A stretch of DNA of 64,000 nucleotides from Blepharisma stoltei ATCC 30299 (Eukaryota; Protista; Ciliophora). The DNA lies in the NCBI GenBank assembly GCA_965603825.1, contig CBFDEM010000057.1, positions 62,001 to 126,000 of the forward strand. The letters are read 5' to 3'. Under the pieces are notes generated by a model. The model was not told the DNA's origin, ran no database searches, and saw only the letters and a list, made by a program, of their open reading frames with translations. Of this stretch, positions 13,463-25,339 are shown one piece after another; the stretch's first letter is position 1, and each line of letters starts with the position of its first letter. The position numbers and the translations under genes were made by a program.

Positions 13463-13983
13463 AATTAGGTTTATAAATAATTTTTTAGATAAAAAAACAA
13501 TCTTTAAAATGAATGCTAATAAAGAGCTTTATAGAAGATTTTCTATAAGAAGAGAATATATTTTTTATAGGTGTAAGCTGGATTTATGAAATTTTAATTA
13601 TCCTATTAATTTTTCTATCTGATAAAAGAAGGAGAAAAAATCAATTTTATTAAAATGCCTATGATAAAATCAATTAATAGTTGAACGATGGAATTAGGGT
13701 TTTATGAGTATGTCATCACAAAAATTTTTTAATTGTAAAAATCATTAAAATTTAAATAAATTTCAAAAAAATAAAATAATTAAAAATCATTATTCTTAAA
13801 AAGCAAATAAAACAATGATAAGGTCAAATTGCATCTTTAACTAAAAGTTATTTCTTAAAATTGATGAAATTAGCTATTAATGCAAATGATTAAAATTCGC
13901 TTAAAATCCTCATAAGTAAATTGAGCACTTAAACTTTGATTAATAGAATGGCTGTTATGCTTCATATATACCCTTAAATAATT

Positions 13984-14694
13984 ATGAGAAGTGCCAACAT
14001 AACTCCTTCCTCTCTATGGGACCGTGAACAAGCTTTCATAAGGCACAAAAAAAGGCTAAAACATATAAAATCCCACCACTCTACAAGACTAGATAATTCT
14101 CCTCCAACGACTCAAAACCTTGTTCCTCCAATTCAACGTGCACATATTTTCTTAGACTTAGAGCATTCTAAAGCTATACAAAAAGACAATGATGAGCTTT
14201 TGCAGCGATTAAATTGCATTTCTAATAGAAAACCGGTAATTTTTATTCAGAAATATTGTATATATAATGATCTCCAATCTCCAATAAAAAGTTTAAATTT
14301 CCCAGCAAGAAAAAAGGAAGCAGAAAGGATTTTTTTTGAAAATTTTGCATTCCTTAAAAGGATCACTGGAAAATCTCCAAGTCTCAGCGTTAAAAAATTT
14401 GATGAAGAATACGAGCAGTCAAGAAAATACAAGAAAACCCTTTCAAGAATCAGTCATATAGAAAGGGCTGCAAGCTTAGGAAAAACAGGCCTATTACCTC
14501 CTATAGCTGAAGATGGAACCCAGACGAGGACAACCCAAGAAAAATTCAACCCAAAGAAAAAAAGCCTGTCAATGAACGAAATAGAAATCCAAGAAATCAC
14601 AAAAAATTTCAAAAAAGCCCATGAAAATCCAATAAAAACAACAAACTTGTCAGATAGGGAAATTGAAGAATCAGATAACCGCAACAAGAATTAA
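13984..14694 (+). CDS. CFAP97/Hemingway (KIAA1430)-domain ciliary protein
   Basis: HKKRL..IK...LDNSPP, IQKDNDELLQRL and SLNFPARKKEAERIFFENFAFLKRI match the family pattern. Confidence 0.75.
   Translation: MRSANITPSSLWDREQAFIRHKKRLKHIKSHHSTRLDNSPPTTQNLVPPIQRAHIFLDLEHSKAIQKDNDELLQRLNCISNRKPVIFIQKYCIYNDLQSPIKSLNFPARKKEAERIFFENFAFLKRITGKSPSLSVKKFDEEYEQSRKYKKTLSRISHIERAASLGKTGLLPPIAEDGTQTRTTQEKFNPKKKSLSMNEIEIQEITKNFKKAHENPIKTTNLSDREIEESDNRNKN
14236..14250 (+). other. Probable 15-nt spliceosomal intron (in frame, stop-free)
   Basis: GTAATTTTTATTCAG matches the local intron consensus with A at position 10. Confidence 0.7.
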
Positions 14695-14823
14695 GCGATT
14701 TAAAAAGCGCTGTAAAGAATTACAACAAATTCGCTATAAATTTTAAATATTTGCTTTGATTTTAACATAAATCCTTAGCCATATCTAATTAATTTTCAGC
14801 AATGCAAATTTATATAAAAAAAT

Positions 14824-15189
14824 ATGCCACCTCGTGGTAAACCGCAAGAATTTCAAATAACAGTGAGAAATCAAGAGCACCTCTATGAACTTATATCAGG
14901 CAAAAAACTTTCAATTGTTGACCTTTATCTAGCGTGATGCGGCCCATGCGAGCTTCTTACTTCTTCTTTTAGATCAATAGCTATGAAAATAGATGAATGG
15001 GACTCTCGCATGCAGTTTCTCCTTGCAGACACAGAGAGGGTGCCAGATTTCGCAAATCACCAAGTTTCATGCAAGCCAAGATTTCTATTCTTTTTAGGTC
15101 CAAAATTAATAGGTGAAGTAGATGGAGCTGACGTGCCAAAAATCTTGCAAATGATAAATAGATATCTTCCACCTTTGGAAGCTGATTAA
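14824..15189 (+). CDS. Thioredoxin-domain protein (NME8/TXNDC3-type, dynein light chain-like; 121 aa)
   Basis: IVDLYLA-W(TGA 14935)-CGPC active site, CKPRFLFF and VDGADVP. Confidence 0.88.
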
Positions 15190-15533
15190 GATGTTAGTTT
15201 AAATAACTTTCATATTAATGATTAAAAGGATGAGTCCTAAGGTAGAAATGGCAAATATAATTATGACAGAATTCTAATTTATTTAGAATTTCTGCAAAGC
15301 TATATAGATAAAAATATCTCAATTAGCTTAAAATCTTCTCCAAAATTCCAATTTAATAATTTCTAGATTTATTCTTTTTTATTAAAATTTCTATGCCTAT
15401 CATTTTATTAATAATTTTCAAATAAATTCGTCTTAAACTCTATCCTAAGAACTGATAAACGTTCTATTTTTATAATATCAAATCCCTATATTTCCCTGAT
15501 TTAAATTTGATAGTTATTTTTAAGAAGTTATAA

Positions 15534-17552
15534 ATGGGATCTCAGTGCTGTAGACTAGTTTGCCGTCCTTTTAAAAAGCAAATGACAATCCAAGACAAAG
15601 TCAAAAATCTCTATAATGTCGGCTCAGGAGATAAATCAGAGCACCAGGTAAAAATCCAGGTTTACAAACTTAATGCTTACCTGAAAGATCGTGCTGACAA
15701 AATTAAACCTTGCATAGAAGAAATCAAAAAGGTATGGGCTGCTGCTTTACATGAAGAAATGACTCAGGACGATTTAAAAATTATAAATATCACTTTATTG
15801 GCTCTTCTCACACTAACACAGTACAGAAGGGAATTCCTGCCTATGACTTATCAAATGGTTTATATGCTGATGATGCATCCACGATTTGGCGAGGTAAAAA
15901 AACTTGTGTATGAGATTCTCTTGCAATGTACAACAACTTTTCCTGATGATAATCCTCCATATCTTGAAGATATTATGATAGAGCTTGTATCATATTGTTC
16001 GAACCCAAAAAATGTTTCAAAAAATGAAATTTTGGTCCTTTCTGCGATGGGTTTTAGCTTGAGGTCGAAGTTTTCTAAAGGGAGTTACCTAAAATGAGAA
16101 ACTGTGATTGATCTTGCACTTATAAGGATAATAAAAAATAAAGACAACGATTTAGATGAAGAAATGGAACTTGTTAAAAATTTTGCAAGCTTTATGGTTG
16201 GGAATGCAGGGATGGTGCATTTATTTATTGGACACATTGTGGATTTCTTGCATAAAAATCAGGGCTGGAATGAAAATTCGCAGTTAATTTTCGACTCAAT
16301 TCTATTATGCAAAGAGTATGGTCATCCAATTTTCTACTCGGAAATATTCAAAACAATAATATATTATATGCATAAAATTTTATCTGAAGATAAAAGTAAT
16401 GTGAAAAATATTTTGAACTGCGCGTTCAGCATTCTTAAAGAGCCAGATTCAAATGTTTCAACAATGCTTTATAATGAAACGTTTAAAGATGTTATTTTGA
16501 TGCTTTTAAATGAAGAAGTGGACCATATTAACGAATTTCTTCAAAAATGGTCACAAAAAGCAGATAATCAGAGCTTTATTTCTTTTGTAAAATCAATTTT
16601 AACTGCAAAGCAGTATGATAGGCCTTATATTATGTGCATAAAGCAGCTCAAAGCTATATATGAAAAAGAGCTAAATAAGTCAAAGCCACCTCATTTATTT
16701 GTACAAGGGACATTACAGATTATTTTTGTAATTGTCTCTGATTTATATGAAGAGCCTTCAAAATATTTGTTAAAAGTCTTGAGTTTTCTGATTTTCAAGC
16801 TAAAAAGAAGATTTTCATTTAAACAAAACGAAATATATTCTCTAAATCTTTCGCTTTTAAAAATGACAGATAATGCTATTTCAATGCCAATTGACGAAAG
16901 TATGAAAATATTTAAACACTGTTTAAAATCATGGCTTTCTTTAGTCATCCAAGAAAGCTCTGAAAATCTATCTCTAATGCTAATGGCAGTTTTCAAGCTA
17001 AGAAGATCATTAAACCAAGCCCAAAATATTCAAAATAATCTGTGTTTAGCCCTTTGCATTTATTCAATTTTAAAAGCTATCTCAATAACCTACAAGCTAG
17101 ACAAGGTAAAAAGTTTCGTTGACAGATCAGCTTCTCAGTATTTACAAAAAGAGAGTTTTCGACCATTTATCACTGAAGACGGCAAATTTATGAAAATTAT
17201 GGACGCTACTTACTCATTATTTGATAAAGAAAATATAAATTCTATTAAGAAAAATACCGTCAAATTTACGAGCAATATGCTTAATATTGAAGAAAAATGC
17301 GATTTACCGAGAAATGCTGAAGATGGAGAAATCAATATCGGAGACATAAAAGAATCCAGAGATTTTGATCCTTTAGGTTTTGTTCCTAGCGAGTCAGACG
17401 TATCTTCTATGAAATCCAGTGAAAATTTTGACCGTGGAATAGAGCTGGGAGATATAAAACCTGAATTAATAGAAACTGATTACGCCAAAGCATTGGGAGC
17501 AATAGAAGATGAAGACTCGAATTTTGTGAAAGGACTATTGGAAACATCATAA
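15534..17552 (+). CDS. Helical-repeat protein, EFR3-like (672 aa)
   Basis: N-terminal MGSQCCRLVCRP lipidation-type motif, then VKNLY...KLNAYLKDRADKI resembling the EFR3 N-terminus. Two ORFs joined by TGA. The CDS is solid; the family call is tentative. Confidence 0.6.
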
Positions 17553-17667
17553 TATATAGAAAAATAATAAAATTGGATTTTCTTAAAAAATAATTTTAAA
17601 AGCACTTTTTATTGGAAAATTTTTAAATTGTGTAGATTTAATTTAGAAAATAAATCGTATTATTCAG

Positions 17668-18555
17668 CTACATAGATAAGAATATAGAAGGAGAAGGAGT
17701 TCCGCTGATATTTTCTTGGTTGTTTTGGAAATAAATTTGGTTCCACATTTCAGCTCCTTCTCGATATCCCATAGGTAACTCCCTAATAAACACGTTTTTC
17801 ATATTCGATCCTACAGGCGGACTAAAACCAGCTGGACTCCTAAAGTCGATTTGTGGGCTAAATCCCAGCTGTGGGCTGAACCCAATTTGAGGGCTAAACT
17901 GCATCTGTGAAGCTATTGGCGTATCATTAAGATTCCTCCATCTTATCTGAGGTGACGCCATCGGCATCGTTTCTCCATCTGAGCTTTCCATTTCTTTTCC
18001 TTGTTTCTGAGCTATTAGTATATCAATGACATCTACCCCAGGCGGACAAATTTTTTCTGTTTTCTTTACCATACTTTTTCATCTATTTTTTACACTATTT
18101 TCTGTTCTTCCCGTTAGCCCTCTCGCTATTTCGCTTCATTTATTTCCTATCAATTGCTGCTGTTCAAGGATGTACATGTCTTCTTCAGGAGTCCATTCTC
18201 CTTTTTTTAAGCTTGGATCAACATGATTGTACCATCTTTCTCTGCATTGTCTTCCATTGCGGACCTCGTTTTTTTGATGCATTACAGCGTTTAATTCTTT
18301 GGCAATTGCACTTCAGGCTTTGAGTCCACGTGCTTCTACAATACGATAGAGGACAATATCTTCATTGGAAGTTCAGCCATTTGATTTTGATAGATCCGAA
18401 GAAGGTTCTGGTGGAGGGTTGATAGGCTGAAGCAACGGCTTGAATTCGCAGGAGTTTGCGCTCAAGATGCAAGGAACATAGAAAATATCTCCTTCTACAT
18501 GATACATTAATGGGGCTGATTGAGAAGTCGGATCAACTTGAGTGTCTGTGCTCAT
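17668..18555 (-). CDS. R2R3-type Myb DNA-binding protein (295 aa)
   Basis: WTSNED..L...W..IA...RNGRQCRERWYNHVDPSLKKGEWTPEED...GNKWSEIA..L.GRTENSVKNRW; four of the Myb Trp residues are TGA. Confidence 0.93.
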
Positions 18556-19063
18556 TTATTATTATAAATACGTAAAATAATTCTGAGTTTGGTGCATTAA
18601 GCTTATCAGAAGAGTATGGTAAGTATAATGATCAAATCAGAAATATTTGACCACAAATTTAATAGGGAAGAAGCTTAAGAAAAGTTAAATTTTTGTGATG
18701 GCTTAAATAGTTAGATTTTGGGAATTTCCAGAAAATCAATATAGAACTTATTATAGTAGAAATGGAAATTGACTGAAATTCATTTCAGTAAATAGTAATT
18801 AAATTATCATAAAGATAAAATATTTGTCATTAAAATGGATCTATTTAAATGCAACATATTTAATGCAAATAAACAAAAAACTAATTTTAAGAGCTTCAAT
18901 GCATTCAGGTGCTGAATAAAAAAATTGCTTATAAATTTTAGCCATTATGAGTCATTATTGTTCTTGCCAAACCATTTATTATAAATCATTTTTTTCTTGA
19001 TCAATTATATAATGCAAATATACACCCTATAACATTTTGCTATTTAATTACTAGCAGAGAATA

Positions 19064-20257
19064 ATGGAAATATCAAAAGGAGCAAATTCGAATCATCTTA
19101 CAGAAGATGACCTTAAAGCTCGGATAAAAAGGCTCAAAGAAATAGATGAAGCCCTTTCTTCTACCTTGCAAGTCCAAGGCCAAATTCAAAATAGATTTGA
19201 CAATATTGATGAATTTATTAATCATACAATAGAGAGATCTATTATCACTATGAAAGCCTGCGCAGATTGTATGATTTGTGAGATGCATAAAAAGAAGGAA
19301 AATATTTTGAAGCTTTTAAAGAGCATTGATGAAAGCATCGAAAATGATGAAAAAGTTGTAAAAATCAGAAATGAGCGAAATTGGTATATTAAAAGAGTAG
19401 AAGATTTAGAAGGAAGACATAGGGATTATTCACAAAAAATAAGCGAAAAAAAAGAAAGGATAAACGAGTTAGAAGAAAAAATAAGGGATATGAAATCAAC
19501 GTTGAAAACTGTAAATGTACAGAATATGAAGCTGCAATTAAAAAAAGATAAAACTAAAAGAAGCTCGCTTCCTAATAGTATACAAAATTCACCAAAAAGG
19601 CGTAGACCAGAGGCAATTGGACATTCGAGTAGAGTGATTTCTGCGCTTGTTTCACCTAAAAATGCTATTCAGAATTCTAAAAAGAATTTTAAACCGGATT
19701 TAATAAAATCTATAAAGAAATCAATATTGGAAACCAAAGCAGAAATTAAAAAAGTCCAAGAAGAAAATATTAAATCAAATGGTTATAACATGTCCAAATT
19801 TTTCAAAAGCTGCTATGATACTTTGCATGACGATCTTATCAGAAAACTGCCAAATAAGCTTTCTTTTATATACAAAATGCTGACTGAAAATGATATTGAA
19901 ACCCCAAAACATTTAAGATCTTTGAGTTATAATGGAGATTATATACCCAATATTAAGTCTGCAGGAAGAGTAAAACAAATGGTATATTCTAATTAGAAAG
20001 AAGAGCAGCTTCTAAACCTAAAATTCACATGACCTGAATTCCAAAAAATCGACTCCCACAAAGTGTTTATTTTGCTTTCCGTTAAAGATAACGTTTTATC
20101 TGAGCTTATGAAAACAATTTCAGTCAATTTTCCAATCAAAAAGCACACTGAAAGACGAGAAAAATTAAACTCCATGTCTGAATATGAGCTATGTAACATC
20201 TATATAGGCAAACTTCGTGTCAGAAGAAATGAAAACGGTGGTATTTTGCCTTTATAA
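19064..20257 (+). CDS. Hypothetical coiled-coil protein with 1-2 tiny introns
   Basis: ORF 19064-19996 continues in frame into 20063-20257 once the 15-nt intron holding the TAG is removed. Confidence 0.78.
19982..19996 (+). other. 15-nt intron
   Basis: GTATATTCTAATTAG; removes an in-frame TAG; A at position 10. Confidence 0.8.
20193..20207 (+). other. Probable 15-nt intron (in frame, stop-free)
   Basis: GTAACATCTATATAG matches the consensus. Confidence 0.65.
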
Positions 20258-20292
20258 ATAAAATATTTATTTAAAACCTATTAATACTGATT

Positions 20293-21846
20293 TTACAAAA
20301 GTTTTCTAAATTTATGCCCTTTCTTGACAAATGAAGAATCAGGCGATTTCGTTGATTTTGCACCCCACGGCCTAAGTGGAGCTTTTACCATATCAGCGTC
20401 AACTTCAAGTTTAGGAAGCTCAAAAGTTCCCAGGGCAAAAGAAGTTTGGACAGCTACACTTATGGTTGGCTTATTTTTATTTATATTTGGAAGAGAATCA
20501 TCTTGTTTTAGAGTGTCAGTGACAAGGTTAACGCTGGCAAAATTTGGAATATTTAGGTTTGAAGGGCTTAAGTAAGGCTGGATTTGTTTGAGTAAGATTG
20601 AGACTAAAGCAGCTTTGTCAGTGCTGGTGAGCTCTTCTATAGGAGATGAAGCTATTTTATTAATGTTTAAGGTAAGTTCTGCGTCACCTGGAAGCTCGTT
20701 TTGTAAGGTTTGCAAGTCTTTTAAGTAGTCTGCGAGGAGGCAGCCTAAGTTTCGGTATCGTTCTGATCTTTCTTTGAATTTTTGCTGCATGTCAGTATGC
20801 TCAGCTTTGAGGATGTTATAGTCCATTTGGACTTGGGCGAGTCTGTTCATGCTCTCTTCTAATTTATTTTCCAAAAATCTTACAAGCTCTTCATTCATCC
20901 TTGAGTCTTGTTTAGACTCATAATTCTCATTTTCCTGCTTGGGTTGCTTAGAATTCGACCCTAGCTCGTCTTCTAGATCCTTTATTTTTGTATTTAATTT
21001 TTTAATAATTTTCTGGCAATAATGCGATCTTTTTGCTAGCTCAGCTTCTACTTGCTTGTGAATCTCAATATCCCTTTTCAGCCCTGCCACTTGTTCTTCT
21101 AGCTGAGAATTCCTATTCATAAGCTTTTCTGTCTGTTTACTTTGGTATTCAAGCTCAGTAGTAAGCCGATGGTTTTCAAGAACCGTGAATTTTGTGGTTA
21201 TATGCAATTGTTCGTCATTTAATGCAAGTACTTTGTCACGAGTTTCCTTTATCTTATAAAGCATGTCTTTTTTCAGTTTTTCCGTTTCCTTTATTTTTTC
21301 CCTTTCCAGATTCTGCTTGTCTTCCTGATGGGCTTTTTTTTCTTTTTCATAGTCTTCTTCTAATGTTTTCATTTTGAGTTCGAATTCTGCTTTATGTGCA
21401 GAAAATTCATTTAATTCAGAAAGTCTTCCTTTAAGGATTTGGATTTCGATTTGTTTTTTGTCCATGTCAGCTTGGTGGTCTTCTTGGCATTTTTGGAGAT
21501 TTATGGCTGTTTAAAATTTACCATAAGCTTCATCTTTTTGGCTCATTTCAGATTCGAGTAGCCTGACTTGGGCTTCAGCTCGAACCTTCATCCCAGTCAT
21601 TTCTCTTAAGTCATTTTGTAAAGATTTGACCATGCTGCTATGCAGCTCTGTTAGGTCTTCGAATTTTTTAGAAAGGTCAGATTTTTCTTTAAGCAAAAGC
21701 TTGTTTTCTTCAACACTAATTTAGGGTTACACTCTGTTTATACGCTCTTGGAGTTTGGTTTCTGTAATTTGGCTGTTTAGCATTTCTCGCATGTGAAGAT
21801 TTGTGGCTTCTTTGTCTTCTTCTTCTCTGTGTAGAAATTACCCCAT
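20293..21846 (-). CDS. CFAP157-like coiled-coil cilia/basal-body protein, three 15-nt introns
   Basis: Spliced start MGEEEDKEATNLHMREML. KLKKDMLYKIKET...QLHITTKFTVLENHRLTTELEYQSK...ELAKRS resembles CFAP157. Confidence 0.75.
21507..21521 (-). other. 15-nt intron
   Basis: GTAAATTTTAAACAG; removes an in-frame TAA and joins two same-frame ORFs. Confidence 0.88.
21716..21730 (-). other. 15-nt intron
   Basis: GTAACCCTAAATTAG; removes an in-frame TAA. Confidence 0.85.
21827..21841 (-). other. 15-nt intron after a 5-nt first coding exon (ATGGG)
   Basis: GTAATTTCTACACAG; removes an in-frame TAA and links ATG 21846 to the ORF. Confidence 0.8.
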
Positions 21847-22144
21847 TCTTGGCAGTTTAAATTATTTGATTTTGTGGAAAATAAAATAAATGCGATTTAT
21901 AGAGAAAAAAGAAATTTGTAATATCAGGAATTTTACAGCGGAATATGATACAGTAATATTTTAAAGAAAAGTAATTAATTTTAGCAAAATATTTGTAAAT
22001 AGAGTAAAATTTTGTAAGAAAAATGTGTGTATCCAGCGTATTATAAGCTGAAAATCATTAGAACTCAAACAAATCATACAACAAACTTTTGAAATTTTAA
22101 TGGCTAATTAGTTGAATAAAATCAAACTCTATAGATTAAAAGTT

Positions 22145-22537
22145 ATGATGAGAAAGCAAAAGACGATGCTTACTCCTATCGCAGTCGATAGTTCAATAGA
22201 AATAAATTTTCATGATCAATCAACCCAAACCCCTCCTCCCCAAAATAGTGACAACTGCTATTTTCCAAGTTTAACTCCAAAGGCAAAAAATTATATATTA
22301 AATATCTCAGAAAATCAAATAAAGAAAAAACATTATAGGAACTTAACTCCTATCCTGCCTTCTCTCTATCATAAAGCGGCAATTCTTCCTCAAAAACCTC
22401 CATACAGAGCAAGGAAAAAAACGACTTCTTATATCAGTCCTGAGTATTGTGATACAATTATGCTTTTTCGTAAACTCTGCAAACAAAAGAGGGTGAATTT
22501 AGAATATAGCCAATCGTGCGCAAACGATAAATTTTAA
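22145..22537 (+). CDS. Hypothetical basic protein (130 aa)
   Basis: ATG-started ORF flanked by AT-rich spacers; no recognised motif. Confidence 0.6.
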   Translation: MMRKQKTMLTPIAVDSSIEINFHDQSTQTPPPQNSDNCYFPSLTPKAKNYILNISENQIKKKHYRNLTPILPSLYHKAAILPQKPPYRARKKTTSYISPEYCDTIMLFRKLCKQKRVNLEYSQSCANDKF

Positions 22538-22745
22538 TGTAACTATAAAATAAGGCTTTTTATTAATAGAAAATTATTGATTATTCTAAATATGGGAGTC
22601 ATTTAAATGTTTTAGATATGCATAAAATTTATTTTTCTTGATTTATTCTCTATATTTTTCATGATTTATTCGGATTTTGGCTTATTTTTATATCAAAAAT
22701 GTTAAAATTATCAATTGCCTACAAGATTATATTAAAATATTTCAA

Positions 22746-23762
22746 CTACTTAAAAGTCTTGGCACAAATCACTTCTTCTATATTTTTAAAGAACCCTTTA
22801 TTATAAATATTTGGCTTTTCAGCTAAATGCTTATATTTCGGGCTTTCAGCTAAATCTAGCCTTTTCGCTCTTTCATTCGAAGTAGTGTTTTCATAGACAA
22901 GATAAAGATGATAAAAGAAAAACCCAGTTAATGTAAGCCCCATAATAAAGCATAGAGTAACCACAAAGAACCATGAAGGATATCTCTGTAACAAATATTG
23001 GATAACTGTCATCCAGCTCCATTCTACTTCATTCCCTAAATAATCAAAAAATCTTGTAGTCATAATCCTTTCCTTCTCAATAATATGCACAAAAATTAAA
23101 AGCCCAATCTGTGCTCCATACATGCAAAGCAAGCTATGAGACAAAATAAAGGCTAAAAACCACTTATAATTCCCATATCCTACACACTGGTTTATTCAAA
23201 TACAATGGTGGTCAAATTTTGCTACACAAATATTGCAGACACTACAATGCTTGGATCTAGCAGGTTTTACCAAGTCACAAGTAGAACATTTTACTTCTCT
23301 ATATAATGCTTCGTCATATGGAAAAATTTTTTTATATTTTTCTTCATTTTGAGGCCTGATTTTTCCTGGACTTACTGTGCAAGCTAAATAAAAAATTGTG
23401 ACACAGAGCATATAAAATGCAGTTCCTGTATATATGTGAATTGAAGGGACATAGCGATTAGGGACAAATGCAAATCCTTTAAAAAAGTAAATTGTGAAGC
23501 CTCCTAAGCTTAAAAGCAAGTAGACGATTTGAAATGAAGGGTTTGGCTTGTTAAAGATATAGAGGAAATAATAGGAAATCTTAGAACTCCCCATAGGACC
23601 AAATAATTTGATTGAAATTTTTTCTGTAATTGCTGGTAGTGTAATAAATATTTGTCGACTGAGCCAAGCAAAAGGTCCAGTCCCGTGCGGGCTTACACAC
23701 AGGAGAATAAATAAAATTGAAACTGAGATGACTGTATAAATCAAAAATCCCCAAAATTCCAT
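22746..23762 (-). CDS. DHHC palmitoyltransferase (Swf1/ZDHHC4-like; 338 aa)
   Basis: [29 protein letters not shown](TGA)[13 protein letters not shown], TTSNE and NIYNKG motifs. Confidence 0.95.
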
Positions 23763-23778
23763 TTACTAATAATTAAAG

Positions 23779-25305
23779 TTAAAAACATGAAAAGCATGAC
23801 GACCTTTCTTTCCCTTTATTTTTTTCTTTGTTTTTCTGGACTTTTGAAGTTTGTGTCTCCACATCTACCTTATTTACGCTTATTTGCTTATAAACCGGCT
23901 GTTTTGAGTCTCTCGTATTTCTTTCATAGTTTTCCCCGATCATTTTCATTTCTTCATACAAATTTGACGTGTTTTCAATGGTTTCATCTTCAAATGCAGA
24001 GTCTCTTTTTTCTTGAATTGATAATTGGGCTTCTTTTAGCCTAAAAATTAATTTCTGGTTTTCTGTTTTAACTGCCTCTAAGTCTTCTCTTAATTTGACT
24101 TCCTGGGCGTTTGCTTTTCTTAATTCATTTTCAAGCCGCTTAATTCTTTCGTCTTTGTTTTTAAGCTTTTGTGATGGGTCTACAAACCCTTTGTGCTCTT
24201 CTTTCGCTTTATTTTTAGGTGATAAAATAGGTGTCGCTCCTTTTATGGGCATGCTTTGTCGATAGTCTATAAGCTGCTGCTGTTTTTTTAGGTCTCCAGC
24301 GTTTTTTCCTATAGTTCCTCTGATTTCTTGGATTTTTTTCATGCTGTTTAGTCTTCTTAATTCTTTTTCTAGCTGAGAAATTGCTTTTTCTTTTTCTGAA
24401 ATATCATTTTTTATTTTTTCCATTTGGTCTAAAGACTCTTCCCGAGAGTGTTCGGCTTGTCTTAATTTATACTGTAAATTTTGCTTTTGGGCTAATGTTT
24501 GTGAATGAGCTTCTTTGGTTTCTTTTGTTTCGACTTCAAGCTCATCAAGTTGCGATAATAGAACTTTGTTGGATTCTTCTAAGCGATTGCAGTGCTGCTT
24601 TAATGAATCGAAAGCTAGCTGGGATTCTCTTAGCTTATTTTTCGCATTTTTTGAAGAATCATCATAATACTGTAACGAGTCTCTTAATAAGTTTAATAAC
24701 TGAATAGACCCTGATGAAGTATCTCATAAAGCTGCATTGTTTTCTTGCCGAGCTTTAGCTTGAAGCCTATTTAAAGACTCAGTCAAGGTATCCATCAGTT
24801 CTTCTGGAGTTTGGGTTTCATTGGTAATTGACGATGTATAAGGAATTTTTATCGCATTATTAAAATTCATAATGGACTCTTGCAGTCCTGAATACAAAAA
24901 CAGCATCGTGCTTGTGTCATTGCCTTCTTGTGATTTATAAGTCCTCAGTTCTCTTACACATCTCCCAACATCATTTTCCCCATCACTGTCAGCTTTATCA
25001 GGAGACCTGCTCATATTTGTAACTTGGAAATCCTGTTTAAACTGTTCAAGAAGAAAAGGAAAATCAATGATTCCTCTACAGAATTCTTCAAAGGTAACAG
25101 TATCTTGATTCTCAAAACTTCCTGCTGACTCTTTGAAAGCTAAAAACAAGGCTTCGACTTCCTCATCCCTTTCTAAGCCACTTGACATTTTTAAGTCTTG
25201 TCGGCTGATTTTTTTTTACCTTATTTGTCCATCACGATCATAGTCGCTCCATGTAAAGGCTTGTTTTAAGACTTCTAAAGAGCTCTCGTCAAATTCATAT
25301 TCCAT
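23779..25305 (-). CDS. EF-hand plus long coiled-coil protein with Cys-containing C-terminus
   Basis: After splicing 25205-25219 the EF loop DYDRDGQISRQD forms. The frame is continuous through one TGA to TAA 23779 and ends KERSSCFSCF. Confidence 0.82.
25205..25219 (-). other. 15-nt intron
   Basis: GTAAAAAAAAATCAG; removes a TAA and restores the EF-hand loop. Confidence 0.88.
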
Positions 25306-25339
25306 ATTAATTTTTGTGTAAAAATAAAATATTAGGCTA

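Noticed and set aside
14935-14937. TGA as selenocysteine in the thioredoxin
   Set aside because: It occupies the Trp of WCGPC; both Cys are TGC.
19994-19996. TAG read as Gln (table 15)
   Set aside because: This TAG is the 3' end of a consensus 15-nt intron, and TAG terminates several other genes.
21716-21732. TTAGGGTTA telomere-like sequence
   Set aside because: Single unit inside an intron; no tandem array.
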